NCBI GenBank assembly: GCA_041659325.1
Contig: JBAZYN010000002.1
Coordinates: 64,513-128,512 of the forward strand
Length of the DNA: 64,000 bases
Reading direction: 5' to 3'
DNA from: Candidatus Shapirobacteria bacterium
GTDB taxonomy: Bacteria > Patescibacteriota > Microgenomatia > UBA12405
In this document: positions 38,021-48,629 of the stretch, in pieces
How positions within the stretch are numbered: the stretch's first letter is position 1
Layout of the letters: every line of letters begins with the position of its first letter
Translations under genes and position numbers: made by a program
The notes under the pieces: generated by a model
The model's input: only the letters and a program-made list of their open reading frames with translations
What the model was told of the DNA's origin: nothing
The model's database searches: none

Positions 38021-38689
38021 ATGGAATTAAAAAACAAAACAGCGATTGTAACCGGAGGAAATTCCGGGTTAGGGTTACAGATAGTAAAAGAATTAAAAAA
38101 AAAGAAATGTCGGGTAATTGTAGTAGGAAGGAAGAATTCTGACTTAATTTGTGATTTGCGGGACTATAAACAAATTAAAGCACTAGAAAAAAAGATAGAT
38201 AAGGTCGATATATTGATTAACTGCGCCGGAATAGGCGCTCACCAAAAGCTCGAGGAGCATGATCCGGAAAATGTTGAAGATATCATCAAAACTAACTTAC
38301 TTGGAACCATATATATGACTCAACTAATTTTGCCGAAAATGATTTCACAAAACTCAGGAACGATATTAAATGTGTCGTCGACATCAGGGCTAATGACCGG
38401 TGGATACGGGAGCGAATCGGTTTATATGGCGAGTAAATACGGAGTAAGCGGTTTTAGTGAAGGGTTAAAAAAAGAAATGGAAGCAGAGAAAAATAATATT
38501 AAAGTAATCGGGTTTTATCCGGGGGGAATGAAGACTGAATTTTTTTCAAAAAACGGACAAGAGAAAGATACTTCAAGCTTTATGGATCCAAATGAAATTG
38601 CAAAAATAATTGTTTTTATATTGGAAAGACCTGATTCAATAAATATTGACCATATTGTGATAAATAGAAATAAAAATATTGTTAAATAG
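38021..38689 (+). CDS. SDR family oxidoreductase
   Basis: TGGNSGLG, NCAG, YMASK. Confidence 0.92.
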   Translation: MELKNKTAIVTGGNSGLGLQIVKELKKKKCRVIVVGRKNSDLICDLRDYKQIKALEKKIDKVDILINCAGIGAHQKLEEHDPENVEDIIKTNLLGTIYMTQLILPKMISQNSGTILNVSSTSGLMTGGYGSESVYMASKYGVSGFSEGLKKEMEAEKNNIKVIGFYPGGMKTEFFSKNGQEKDTSSFMDPNEIAKIIVFILERPDSINIDHIVINRNKNIVK

Positions 38690-38890
38690 TGTTATTAGGA
38701 CAGAAAAATCCCGGACTCACCTGCTTTGGTCAACGTCGTGACGATTAAATTTATCGTTTCTTTGCTGTAAAATGTGAATATGGAAATTAAAAGAATTACC
38801 AAAGTAGATGGCAGTTGGATTTAATTGCCCGGGAATTGGTAGAATTAATCTTCTCGGTCTTGGCCGGGTATGTTAGAAATTATTTCCGCG

Positions 38891-40045
38891 ATGGACTATA
38901 AAGAAGAAGCATTAAAACAACATTTGAAGTTTGGGGGCAAAATTGAAATTAGAAGCAAGTTTCCGGAGATAAAAACCAAGGATGATTTGGCAGTCGCATA
39001 TACCCCGGGGGTGGCGGCAGTGTCTTCTTTTTTGGCGGCAAACCCAAGTGAGGCAGGTAAATATTCGATAAAGGGTAATACTATCGCAGTGATATCGGAT
39101 GGTTCGGCGGTATTGGGATTGGGTAATATCGGGCCTTTGGGGGCTTTGCCGGTAATGGAGGGCAAGGCGCTGTTGTTTAAAGAGTTTGGTGAGGTAGACG
39201 CATATCCGATTGTTTTGGCAACTCAGGATGTAGAAGAAATTATTAAGACAATAAAAGCAATTGCTCCGACTTTTGGAGGCATAAATCTGGAGGATATTTC
39301 TTCGCCGCGGTGTTTTGAGATTGAGGAAAGGCTAATAGCGGAATTGGACATTCCGGTTTTCCATGATGATCAGCACGGAACGGCCATTGTAGTTTTGGCG
39401 GCACTAATTAACAGCTTAAAACTGGTTGGAAAACAACCGGAACATATTAAAGTAATTATTGCCGGGGCGGGAGCAGCAGGAATGGCAACCACAAAACTTT
39501 TGGTTAAATACGGTATTAAAAATATAATTTTGGTCGACTCTAAGGGGGCGATAGCCAAGAACCGAAGTGATTTAAACGAGGAAAAAATGAAAATGCTGGA
39601 AATGACTAATCCGGAAAATGTTGAAGGCAGCCTGGAGGAGGTATTAAAAAATGCGGATGTATTTATCGGGGTAAGTACCGGCGGAATAATGAAGCCGGAG
39701 TTTATTGGAACGATGGCGGATAAACCAATAATTTTTGCGATGGCAAATCCAATTCCGGAAATAATGCCGGATGAGGCAGTTAAAAACGGAGCGTTTATTG
39801 TCGGGACCGGTAGAAGTGACTTTCCCAATCAAATAAATAATGTACTGGTTTTCCCGGGACTGTTTCGGGGAGTGCTGGATAATAGAATTAAACTAATTAG
39901 CGATGAACTGAAAATTGCGACAGCAAAAGTACTGGCAGATTATTTGCGCAAAGACGAATTGGCAGTGGACAGAATACTCCCCAGTGTTTTGGACAAAAAA
40001 GTGAGCATGGCCATCGCCCAAAGAGTGGCTGATTTCAAGGGATAG
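38891..40045 (+). CDS. NAD(P)-dependent malic enzyme
   Basis: [44 protein letters not shown]. Confidence 0.95.
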   Translation: MDYKEEALKQHLKFGGKIEIRSKFPEIKTKDDLAVAYTPGVAAVSSFLAANPSEAGKYSIKGNTIAVISDGSAVLGLGNIGPLGALPVMEGKALLFKEFGEVDAYPIVLATQDVEEIIKTIKAIAPTFGGINLEDISSPRCFEIEERLIAELDIPVFHDDQHGTAIVVLAALINSLKLVGKQPEHIKVIIAGAGAAGMATTKLLVKYGIKNIILVDSKGAIAKNRSDLNEEKMKMLEMTNPENVEGSLEEVLKNADVFIGVSTGGIMKPEFIGTMADKPIIFAMANPIPEIMPDEAVKNGAFIVGTGRSDFPNQINNVLVFPGLFRGVLDNRIKLISDELKIATAKVLADYLRKDELAVDRILPSVLDKKVSMAIAQRVADFKG

Positions 40046-40093
40046 CGGTTTTTGAGTTTTTGACTTTTGGGATGAGGGGGATAAAATAAGGTG

Positions 40094-40231
40094 ATGGAAG
40101 AAAATAAAAAAACCAGAATGATAGTGGTGGCGTTTTTACTGGTGATAGTGGTGGTGTCAAGCTTGGTGATGTTTAGCCTTTATAAGGCACAAGCGGCCAA
40201 GGCAGGACCAACAAAGACTATTACCCGCTAA
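40094..40231 (+). CDS. small single-TM protein (45 aa; absent from the ORF track)
   Basis: MEENKKTRMIVVAFLLVIVVVSSLVMF...; TAAAAT 6 nt upstream. Confidence 0.55.
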   Translation: MEENKKTRMIVVAFLLVIVVVSSLVMFSLYKAQAAKAGPTKTITR

Positions 40232-40268
40232 CTTTTATAATTTAGTGTTAGTAATTAAACAAATTGAT

Positions 40269-40802
40269 ATGAAAAAAGTAACTGTTTTGGGTTTGGTTAT
40301 ATTGTCGGTAGCAGCCCTTTCTGGCTGTACCCCGGGAAAAACGGTTAATGAAAAAATCGGTGAAGAAATGGCGGAAAGAGCATTCGAGGCACAAACAGGG
40401 GCAAAGGTGGATATTGATTCGCAGGGCGAGGATATTACCATAAAAACAGAAGAAGGGCAAACACAGTATTCAGCCGGAGGGCAGGCTAAGTTACCTGATA
40501 ATTTTCCCAAAGAATTGATTGTAAGTAATGATGCCAAAATTATTATGTCCTCTTCGTCGGGACAAAGTAGCACTGTTTCTTATATCACAGATGACGAGCA
40601 GGCGGTAATTGCGGAAAAATATATTGGAGGGCTAACGGGGCAGGGATGGGAAAAAGAAAGCGAGGTTAATATAAGCGGGGCAATTATGCTTGGCTTTAAC
40701 AAAGAGAAGATGAACGTGGCAGTTAATATCGGCGAAAATAGTACGAAGGAACAAGCAGGGAAAAGCTTTGTTAATGTCGTTTTTACGGTAGAGGAAGAAT
40801 AA
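40269..40802 (+). CDS. putative lipoprotein
   Basis: MKK + hydrophobic stretch + LSGC lipobox. Confidence 0.8.
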   Translation: MKKVTVLGLVILSVAALSGCTPGKTVNEKIGEEMAERAFEAQTGAKVDIDSQGEDITIKTEEGQTQYSAGGQAKLPDNFPKELIVSNDAKIIMSSSSGQSSTVSYITDDEQAVIAEKYIGGLTGQGWEKESEVNISGAIMLGFNKEKMNVAVNIGENSTKEQAGKSFVNVVFTVEEE

Positions 40803-40832
40803 TTTTGATCGAAAAGAGAAGATAGGAGGTAA

Positions 40833-41474
40833 TTAGTCGAAGTGAGAGCCGTCGCAAAAGGGCTTATTTTTTGATTTACCGCAACGACAAAGGGTGACCC
40901 GATTGCGGATTTCATAAGTGGAACCATCAGAAGATTCGATGGGGACTCCCCCCTTGATGCAAAGCGGACCACCACTGGAAATTCCGATGGAAGGTTTTAA
41001 TTTTGGTTCGATCGATTTGTTGTTTTGTCGGTCACAGGCAACCAGGCGGCCGGAGGGGCAACAACAAGCTTCTTTGATGGCGGTTTTTTTGGATTCCGGG
41101 TCATCGGAATTTTCGGTTAGATTCCAGGTACCACTAGCCCGATCACAAAAACCCGCACCGGCGCATAGAGAAGCGGTATCTTTTAATATTAAATCCGGGC
41201 CGGTAATTTGATTGGCTTGATTGTCATACTTCTCTTTGGCCTCAGGGTTTTCGGTGCCGTCAAATTTGGTGCTATGATGAGAACCATCACAAAAAGGTTT
41301 ATTTTGGGACTGTCCACAGCGGCAAAGGGCATATGTTTCCCCGGTGGGAATAATTTTTCCTTTTTTGGTTTTTAGAGGAATTCCATCTTGGTCGTATTCA
41401 ACAATATCTTGATTTAATGGTAAATGGTCGGAGACTAAGTAAGGGCCATTTTTGGTGATTTTTATTTTTGCCAT
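40833..41474 (-). CDS. CDGSH iron-sulfur domain protein
   Basis: Two LCRCGxSxNKPFCDGSH motifs flanking a CAGAGFC..CCPSG domain. Confidence 0.92.
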   Translation of the reverse strand: MAKIKITKNGPYLVSDHLPLNQDIVEYDQDGIPLKTKKGKIIPTGETYALCRCGQSQNKPFCDGSHHSTKFDGTENPEAKEKYDNQANQITGPDLILKDTASLCAGAGFCDRASGTWNLTENSDDPESKKTAIKEACCCPSGRLVACDRQNNKSIEPKLKPSIGISSGGPLCIKGGVPIESSDGSTYEIRNRVTLCRCGKSKNKPFCDGSHFD

Positions 41475-41514
41475 AAGCAATTATAGCTCTTGGTTGCAGT
41501 TTTAAAATCTAGTG

Positions 41515-41527
41515 CTACACTATGTAG
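41515..41527. promoter_or_regulatory. putative BlaI/CopY operator 1
   Basis: CTACA-CTA-TGTAG palindrome overlapping the TACACT -10 box of the repressor gene. Confidence 0.7.
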
Positions 41528-41530
41528 TAT

Positions 41531-41905
41531 ATGAAACAAAAGGGGGCAGAAATGCTTGGTTCACTGCAAACCAAAGTAATGGATGTTTTGTGGGGAGCAG
41601 AAAAACCGTTAAAACCGGCAGAGGTTTTAGGTAAATTGGGAAATGGCTATGCCTACACTACAGTGATGACAATTTTAAAAAGATTGGCCGATAAGGGAAT
41701 TGTGGTGCGGAAAATGACGGGAAAAGTATATTTCTACTCGCCGTGTTCGTGCAAAGAAAAATTTATTAAAAAAAACCTATCGGGGATTATCGGAGGGCTG
41801 GTGAATTCTTACGGTGAAGCGGCAATTGCAAATTTTGTGGACGTGGTAAAAAACAACAAAGAAGATGTGGTTTTGTTAAAAAAATATCTTGAGTCTCAAG
41901 AATGA
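41531..41905 (+). CDS. BlaI/MecI/CopY family repressor
   Basis: VMDVLW..AYTTVMTILKRLADKG..YFYSP. Confidence 0.92.
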   Translation: MKQKGAEMLGSLQTKVMDVLWGAEKPLKPAEVLGKLGNGYAYTTVMTILKRLADKGIVVRKMTGKVYFYSPCSCKEKFIKKNLSGIIGGLVNSYGEAAIANFVDVVKNNKEDVVLLKKYLESQE

Positions 41906-42855
41906 ATTACAAGAGATTAAACCTTATTTCCAATGTTTACTTTTTTTTGATTTTGTTTTCGGGGTTGCTGTATACGGCATTATTGATTACTGCCTCGCAA
42001 AAAATTGTTCCGGCACTAATAATGCAGATAATATTTTTCTTGGATGCCATTAAATTCGACAATAATGTTGTGGGGTTAATCACCTCCCGACTGTTTTTGC
42101 TGAATGTTGTCCCCGGGATTTTTTTAATAGGGCTGATGGTACGATTCGGCAAAACATTAATAAAGTCTTTAAAGAGTATTTCGTCTAATCACTTATTGTT
42201 TAAAGGTTTAGAAATAATTGAGTCAACCGAACAGTTTTTTAAATTCAAATCAGACGATGGTCTTGTTTTTACTTGCGGGTTTTTAAAACCAAAAATTTTT
42301 GTTTCTTCAGGCCTTTTTAAAACTCACAGCCAGGAAGAAATTACTGCCATAGTTCAACACGAAGTAAATCATAAAAATAACCTACACCCCTTTAAAATTT
42401 TTACGGCTAATTTTGTTAAATCTATTTTGCCGATAATTCCTTTAAAAAATTGGTTGATTGATAATTATTTGACTTTGGTTGAGGTGTCTTCCGACTTGTT
42501 TTCTGAAAATAAAATAAATAACAAGTTACCGTTGGTTTCGGCTTTATTGAAATTTCAAAACCGAAATTTTGAGCCAGCTGCGGCAGGAGTCAGCTATTTT
42601 AACAGCCAAAGTGAAAGAATTAAAATATTGGTTGGCCAAAAAAAACAGTTTATAAAGATTCCGATGGCCTATTATTCTCTTGTTTTGGTGGTTATGTTGT
42701 CGGGAGTATTAATGGTAAAAAACTCAAATATCTTTTTTGATTGCCAGCATTTGCTTAAATGTGTGGAGATACTGATGACTTCCAATAACCAGCCTCTTCT
42801 TAGCGTAGTAAGCCCCCAAAACAACACCTTTTCGCCTTCGGATCACTGTCAATAA
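41902..42855 (+). CDS. M56 family (BlaR1-like) membrane metallopeptidase
   Basis: FTCGFLKPKIFVS, QHEVNH zinc motif, ERIKIL. Confidence 0.85.
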   Translation: MNYKRLNLISNVYFFLILFSGLLYTALLITASQKIVPALIMQIIFFLDAIKFDNNVVGLITSRLFLLNVVPGIFLIGLMVRFGKTLIKSLKSISSNHLLFKGLEIIESTEQFFKFKSDDGLVFTCGFLKPKIFVSSGLFKTHSQEEITAIVQHEVNHKNNLHPFKIFTANFVKSILPIIPLKNWLIDNYLTLVEVSSDLFSENKINNKLPLVSALLKFQNRNFEPAAAGVSYFNSQSERIKILVGQKKQFIKIPMAYYSLVLVVMLSGVLMVKNSNIFFDCQHLLKCVEILMTSNNQPLLSVVSPQNNTFSPSDHCQ

Positions 42856-42864
42856 ACTTACCCC

Positions 42865-42903
42865 TTGACAGTATTTTTAGTACATACTACACTATGTAGT
42901 ATG
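42865..42903 (+). promoter_or_regulatory. sigma70 promoter with putative BlaI/CopY operator 2
   Basis: TTGACA(42865)-17-TACACT(42888); perfect inverted repeat CATACTACA-CTA-TGTAGTATG at 42883-42903. Confidence 0.8.
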
Positions 42904-44433
42904 TTAAAATCAAAAACTTCGTTGCAAACCTCCACATACTACGTTCAGGGGATGCATTGCGCCTCCTGTGAGATATTGATTGAAAAGAAAATCATCAAAG
43001 AAGATTCGGTGGAGGCAGTTGACGCTTCCCTTTCTGAGGGAGCGGTGGTTATTAAGCATCGTGCCAATAGCAAAATTACACCGGAATACCTGAATAAAAT
43101 ATTTAAGGAGGATGGATATTGTTTTTCGTCGATACCTTTTAAAAAATCAAAGCGAGCGGCGGCTGACGGCGAATGTGTTGTTCCAAATGAAACCACCACC
43201 AATTCCTATACTCCAATAGTTATTGCGGCAGCTTTTATAATTGGTTATATACTCTTGTCTAAAACTGGTTTTTCTTCTCTGATTTCAGTTAATGGGCAAT
43301 CTTCTTTGCCCGTCTTTTTTTTGTTTGGACTATTGGCCGGAATCTCTAGCTGTGCGGCTTTGGTGGGTGGTATAATTTTGTCTTTAAGTAAGCAATGGCT
43401 CTCGATATATAGCCAAAATGATTCAACTTTAAAAAAGGCTGAGCCTCATTTTCTTTTTAATTTTGGCCGAGTTGTGGGTTATGGTGCTTTTGGGGGGATT
43501 TTGGGGGCAGCCGGTAATTTTTTTCGGTTATCACCAGTGTTTTCGGCCATGCTGGTTATCGCAGTTTCTTTGGTGATGGTTTTGTTGGGACTACAAATGA
43601 TCGGGGTTAAGGCCTTGCAGCGTTTTCAAATCCGCCTGCCAAAATCTTTAACAGGAAAGTTGTCGGATGAGTCGAACTTTCGTGGCCGCTTCGGGCCTTT
43701 TTTAATGGGGGCATTAACTTTCTTTTTACCGTGTGGATTTACAATTACTACCCAAGCTTTGGCATTGGCTTCCGGTAACCCACTTCAGGGAGCACTTATT
43801 ATGGGGATATTTGCTTTGGGTACAGTACCTGGTCTATTGGCAATAGGTCTAAGCAGTGTTAAGTTCTGTAGTAATCCTAAATCAGCCAGGCAGTTTTCTT
43901 TGATTGCCGGAATGCTGGTTCTCTTTTTTGCGGCTTTTAATATCAACACTCAGCTTTCGGTTTTGGGGGTATCTAATGTAGATGATCTTATTTCTAGCCC
44001 CTCAACTACCCAGGTGGGTAAATCTTTGGGTGAATTACCTCCTTTGGTTAACGGCACCCAGGTCGTCAAAATTGATGCTTCATCAAGCGGTTATACCCCC
44101 AACCGCATCCGCCTTCGAGCTAATACCCCCACCCGATGGGAGGTTTCAACAAACAATATCAGCGGCTGTACTAACGCTATTATTTCCCGCGGATTGTTTG
44201 ATGGGCAAATTGATTTGGTTGACGGCCAGGTTTCAACCAAAGAATTTACTTCTCCTAAGCCCGGGGTTTATAAATTCAGCTGCTGGATGGGGATGGTGAC
44301 CGGCACGGTGGAGGTGGTGGATGCATCCGGATCAACCGGAACCGATGTTAATACTCAACCGGTGGGCTCCGGGGCCAAGGGTTGCGGGTGTGGTGGTGGA
44401 TCTGCTGGTAACAGCACTTGTGGAGGAAGATAA
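42901..44433 (+). CDS. HMA + DsbD_2-like membrane domain + cupredoxin fusion protein
   Basis: GMHCASC; SSCAALVGG and FLPCGF; C-terminal FSCWMGM. Confidence 0.88.
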   Translation: MLKSKTSLQTSTYYVQGMHCASCEILIEKKIIKEDSVEAVDASLSEGAVVIKHRANSKITPEYLNKIFKEDGYCFSSIPFKKSKRAAADGECVVPNETTTNSYTPIVIAAAFIIGYILLSKTGFSSLISVNGQSSLPVFFLFGLLAGISSCAALVGGIILSLSKQWLSIYSQNDSTLKKAEPHFLFNFGRVVGYGAFGGILGAAGNFFRLSPVFSAMLVIAVSLVMVLLGLQMIGVKALQRFQIRLPKSLTGKLSDESNFRGRFGPFLMGALTFFLPCGFTITTQALALASGNPLQGALIMGIFALGTVPGLLAIGLSSVKFCSNPKSARQFSLIAGMLVLFFAAFNINTQLSVLGVSNVDDLISSPSTTQVGKSLGELPPLVNGTQVVKIDASSSGYTPNRIRLRANTPTRWEVSTNNISGCTNAIISRGLFDGQIDLVDGQVSTKEFTSPKPGVYKFSCWMGMVTGTVEVVDASGSTGTDVNTQPVGSGAKGCGCGGGSAGNSTCGGR

Positions 44434-44461
44434 TTATTATTAAATTAATTACAAAAAACAT

Positions 44462-44680
44462 ATGATAAATGAAAACATTACCCTTAGCGTTCCCGATATG
44501 CATTGCGATTCCTGCCCCAAGTTGATAAAAATAACCCTGATGGAAATGGAAGGGGTTGAGGAAGTTTCTGCTTCACTTGATAGTAAAACTGTAGTGGTAA
44601 GTTTCGATCCACGAAAAACGTCTACTGAAGCACTTATTAGTTCCATTAAGGAAATAGGCTATACGGCCAGTCTTAAATAA
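44462..44680 (+). CDS. copZ: CopZ-like heavy-metal chaperone
   Basis: DMHCDSC, 72 aa. Confidence 0.88.
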   Translation: MINENITLSVPDMHCDSCPKLIKITLMEMEGVEEVSASLDSKTVVVSFDPRKTSTEALISSIKEIGYTASLK

Positions 44681-44681
44681 A

Positions 44682-47600
44682 ATGATGCCGAAAATAAAAT
44701 CAAAGCAGGTGATTTTATCGGTTCCCGGTATGCATTGCCCAACGTGCCCTAAATTGATTGCTTTGGGACTGAAAGATCAAAAGGGGGTTAATTCGGTAAC
44801 CGCTTCACTGGAAAAAAAACAAGTAATTGTCGATTTCGACCCTGCAAAAATTGAAATAACTGATTTGGTGGCTAATATAAAGGAATCGGGATATACGGCA
44901 ATTCCCCAGGGGAGCGAACCAGTTCCTGTTAAAAGTAGCGGACCATCAGAATTGCCCACGGAAGCTATGAACGGACCCCAAAAGGTGGATACACCGGCTA
45001 CCGTCTCTAATACTCAAGTGGCTCTGTTAAGTTTGAGTGGTATGCACTGTTCCAGCTGTGCCGGATTAATAGAAAGGTCGCTTAAAAAAGTCCCGGGGGT
45101 AAGTGAGACCAATGTTAATTTTGCCTCAGAAAAAGCCCGAATTGTTTATAACCCTTCCATTACTAAAGTCGAGGATTTAATCAAAGGGGTGGAATCGGCT
45201 GGTTATCATGCGTCACTTCCCGGGGAAAAAGAAACGAATCAAAAAGAAAAACGAGCTCATGAAATCCGGTATTGGCTTAAAAAATTAGTAATGGGTTTTA
45301 TTCTAAGTATTCCTATGATTTTATTTATGGCCTATGATTTTACTAATGCAATTCCTCTAAAGTCGGTAATCATGCCTTATGCCGGGATAATTTCGCTGGT
45401 ATTGACAACCCCCGTTCTTTTTTATGTTGGGGCTAATTTTTTTGCCGGGTTTTGGTCGGCGCTAAAGATGCGGACCTTCTCCATGGATTCCCTGATTGCG
45501 ATAGGTACCGGTACTGCTTTTGTTTATAGTATCTATGAATTCGTTAAATACCTGGTTGAAACCGGATCGGCTGTCGGACTTAATGGTACCAAGATTCCAA
45601 ACCTTTACTTTGAAGTGGCCGCATTCTTGGTCACGTTTGTGGCTCTGGGTAAATTCCTGGAAGCCAAAGCCAAAGGAAAAACCTCGGAAGCGATTGAAAA
45701 ACTAATGGGATTGGCGCCAAAAACAGCCCGGGTAATGCGCAACGGCCAACCAATCGACATTCCTGTCGAACAGGTAGTTGTGGGCGACACAATTGTGGTT
45801 CGTCCGGGGGAAAGGATTCCGGTTGACGGTGAGGTTATAAGCGGCTATTCTGCCGTGGATGAATCCATACTGACCGGGGAGTCCCTGCCGGTTGAAAAAC
45901 AAATTGGGTCTAAGGTTTACACAGCTTCGATTAATAAAACCGGTTCTTTCGAATTTAAAACTACCAAGGTCGGGGCCGATACAGCCTTAAGCCAGATAGT
46001 AAAACTAATCGAGGATGCTCAGGGCTCCAAGGCCCCAATCCAGGGTTTTGCTGATAAAATTTCCTCTATTTTTGTACCCACGGTGATCATCATTGCTTTT
46101 TTGACTTTTGTCACCTGGTACTTTTTACTCGGAGCTTCGCTGACTTTTTCACTTCTGGCTTTTGTGGCCGTCATCGTTATTGCCTGCCCTTGTGCCCTTG
46201 GATTGGCCACTCCAACATCTATTATGGTGGGGACAGGTAAAGGGGCCGAATACGGAGTTCTTATCAAGGGGGGTGAGCCTTTGGAAATGGCTGAAAAAAT
46301 AAAAGCGATTGTTTTTGACAAAACCGGGACTTTGACAAAAGGAAAACCCGAGGTGACCGACTTTATTAACTACCTGCCTACCGGTCAAGCAGGCCTCCCG
46401 GGTGATCAGTCGGTACTCTCAATTTTGTACTCGATTGAACAAAAATCAGAGCATCCTTTGGCAGAAGCTATTGTCCGTTATGGACAAAACAACGGAGCAA
46501 TAAATTTTGCCGTTGATGATTTTTTGGCAATTCCCGGGCATGGAGTCAGGGCGATAGTTAACGGTCAAGTTTATTTTGTGGGAAACCGGAAACTACTTGA
46601 AGTCAACAGGATTCCGCTGACCTCCGGCTATGATATGGAGCGACTGGAGAACGACGGTAAAACGGCAATGGTAATTGCCAACAAAGAAAGAGTGCTTGGA
46701 TTAATTGCGGTGGCTGATCAGGTTAAGGAGTCTTCTGCCTCAGTGGTCTCTAAATTGGCCAATATGGGCATAGAAGTTTATATGATTACGGGGGATAACC
46801 GCCGGACTGCTGAGGCTATCGCCCGACAGGTGGGAATTACTAAAGTTTTGGCAGAGGTTTTGCCTCAGAATAAGGCAGAAGAGGTCAAAAAACTTCAAGA
46901 CAAGGGCCTTAAGGTGGCCATGGTGGGAGATGGGATAAATGACGCTCCGGCTCTTATTCAGGCAGATTTGGGGATGGCAATGGCAAGTGGGGCTGATATC
47001 GCCATGGAGTCGGGTGGTATTGTGATTATGTCTAATGACTTAAACGGAGTTTTAACGGCTATAAGCTTATCCCGTGAAACCGTCGGGAAAATTCGCCAAA
47101 ATATGTTTTTCGCCCTCTTTTATAATGTTTTGGGTATACCGATTGCGGCGCGGGCATTGGCTTTTATGGGACTAATTCTTAAACCTGAACTAGCCGGATT
47201 GGCCATGGCTTTGTCCTCGGTGTCGGTAGTTACCAATTCTTTGACTCTGAAATTTTTCAAGCCCGGTAAATTCAATTGGATTTCCCGTTTGGCGCCCTTT
47301 GTTATGGTGATAGTTTTTGTGGGTGTTTTTATTGAATTTGCCAGATTTTCTTCCCAAATGGGAGGGACGCAAGTAGAGGCCAGATCCGGATTGGCGGCAT
47401 ATGTTCAGGAACAACCGGAAGTTAGAACAATAATAAACCGCGTGCTTATCGAAAATTCTTCAAAGATTGCGTTTGACGGAAATTTCCCAAAACTGTTTTT
47501 GGGGGTAGATGTGTTAGCCGAATCGATTAGACTCTCTGAAGGTTCATCGGATATTTCGGGAGAAGGGAGCGTGGTTTTGGGGGCTAAAGAGGCGGCAATG

Positions 47601-48104
47601 ATGAAGGAAGAAGGTCTTATTAAAGGCATCGGCTCTGAAATACCCGATTTCTTTGGACTACCAAAAATAAAAGTCGTTGGCATATTAGCACCGACCGGAA
47701 CCATTTTGGATGAATACCATATTTTTAACAAAGCCAACTTTGATGGTTTGACAAAAGCCAATAATGATCTATTGGTTGCCGAAACCCCCTTGGAAGACCT
47801 AAAACTTTTCTATTTTTATGATGGAAATAATATTCCCCAATCCTTGAATACACTAATTAACCCGGCCAAGACTACCTATATTATTGATGGGGTTGAGTAC
47901 CTTTCGACCTACGTTGGCTATGATGAGGCCAGAATGATGATGGCAGAGAAACTAATTCAAAAAAAGTTTGACATTATTAAGGGGTTCTTTGGCAACAATA
48001 TTATCATTGCCGGACTGCCAAAAAAGACACTGACCAGTCTGGACATGATGCACTTTGTACCAAAAATCTTTAAAAATAATTATCAAACTCTAATTAACAA
48101 ATAA
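44682..48104 (+). CDS. copA: Cu(I)-translocating P1B-type ATPase with ~280 aa C-terminal extension
   Basis: Two GMHCxx[34 protein letters not shown]. Confidence 0.95.
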   Translation: MMPKIKSKQVILSVPGMHCPTCPKLIALGLKDQKGVNSVTASLEKKQVIVDFDPAKIEITDLVANIKESGYTAIPQGSEPVPVKSSGPSELPTEAMNGPQKVDTPATVSNTQVALLSLSGMHCSSCAGLIERSLKKVPGVSETNVNFASEKARIVYNPSITKVEDLIKGVESAGYHASLPGEKETNQKEKRAHEIRYWLKKLVMGFILSIPMILFMAYDFTNAIPLKSVIMPYAGIISLVLTTPVLFYVGANFFAGFWSALKMRTFSMDSLIAIGTGTAFVYSIYEFVKYLVETGSAVGLNGTKIPNLYFEVAAFLVTFVALGKFLEAKAKGKTSEAIEKLMGLAPKTARVMRNGQPIDIPVEQVVVGDTIVVRPGERIPVDGEVISGYSAVDESILTGESLPVEKQIGSKVYTASINKTGSFEFKTTKVGADTALSQIVKLIEDAQGSKAPIQGFADKISSIFVPTVIIIAFLTFVTWYFLLGASLTFSLLAFVAVIVIACPCALGLATPTSIMVGTGKGAEYGVLIKGGEPLEMAEKIKAIVFDKTGTLTKGKPEVTDFINYLPTGQAGLPGDQSVLSILYSIEQKSEHPLAEAIVRYGQNNGAINFAVDDFLAIPGHGVRAIVNGQVYFVGNRKLLEVNRIPLTSGYDMERLENDGKTAMVIANKERVLGLIAVADQVKESSASVVSKLANMGIEVYMITGDNRRTAEAIARQVGITKVLAEVLPQNKAEEVKKLQDKGLKVAMVGDGINDAPALIQADLGMAMASGADIAMESGGIVIMSNDLNGVLTAISLSRETVGKIRQNMFFALFYNVLGIPIAARALAFMGLILKPELAGLAMALSSVSVVTNSLTLKFFKPGKFNWISRLAPFVMVIVFVGVFIEFARFSSQMGGTQVEARSGLAAYVQEQPEVRTIINRVLIENSSKIAFDGNFPKLFLGVDVLAESIRLSEGSSDISGEGSVVLGAKEAAMMKEEGLIKGIGSEIPDFFGLPKIKVVGILAPTGTILDEYHIFNKANFDGLTKANNDLLVAETPLEDLKLFYFYDGNNIPQSLNTLINPAKTTYIIDGVEYLSTYVGYDEARMMMAEKLIQKKFDIIKGFFGNNIIIAGLPKKTLTSLDMMHFVPKIFKNNYQTLINK

Positions 48105-48109
48105 AAAAT

Positions 48110-48478
48110 ATGAAAATTACTTATATATTCTTTTTGTTAGCGGCGATTGCTATCGGCGGATTTGTTTTGTCTCACTCTTTTGAGAAAGCAGAGTCGGTTG
48201 GTCCTGTCCAAGTAGTAAAAGCCACCTACGGCCCACCGTTTGGGTTTGTCCCTATCCAGATGACGGTTAAGGCGGGTCAGCCCGTCAGGTTGGAGGTAGA
48301 AGCGACCGAGGACGGTCGGGGCTGTATGGGCAGCATTACTATACCAAGACTAAACAACCAAATTCAGTCATTTAAAAAAGGCCAGGTTAATGTTTTTGAA
48401 TTCACTCCTCAAACCCCCGGAACATATCCCGTCACTTGTGCTATGGGTATCCCCCATGGGGACATAATAGTCAGATAA
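48110..48478 (+). CDS. cupredoxin-domain protein
   Basis: N-terminal TM; GCMGS..GTYPVTCAMG. Confidence 0.85.
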   Translation: MKITYIFFLLAAIAIGGFVLSHSFEKAESVGPVQVVKATYGPPFGFVPIQMTVKAGQPVRLEVEATEDGRGCMGSITIPRLNNQIQSFKKGQVNVFEFTPQTPGTYPVTCAMGIPHGDIIVR

Positions 48479-48488
48479 GATTGGCTGA

Positions 48489-48572
48489 AGAATTGCAGGG
48501 ATGGCGATGTCTTTGAGTAGTGTTTCGGTGGTAAGTAATTCGCTGAGACTGAAGTGGAAAAATTTGGATTAA
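48489..48572 (+). pseudogene. orphan 3' end of a P1B-type ATPase
   Basis: Reads RIAGMAMSLSSVSVVSNSLRLKWKNLD*, the last TM helix of CopA-type pumps. Confidence 0.85.
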
Positions 48573-48629
48573 AACCTATAGGGACTTTGAGGTAAAATGA
48601 GATTAATTAGCTTGTTTATTATGATTTCA

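Larger units (their letters stand above)
11327..38689. mobile_element. tRNA-Ser-anchored accessory island / repeat-delimited cassette array (right border approximate)
   Basis: Starts at the tRNA 3' end; nine co-oriented boundary repeats; mixed-orientation accessory cargo; pseudogenes; no integrase seen. Confidence 0.7.

Noticed and set aside
11327-38689. Prophage or IS origin for the island
   Set aside because: No structural, terminase, integrase or transposase genes recognised.
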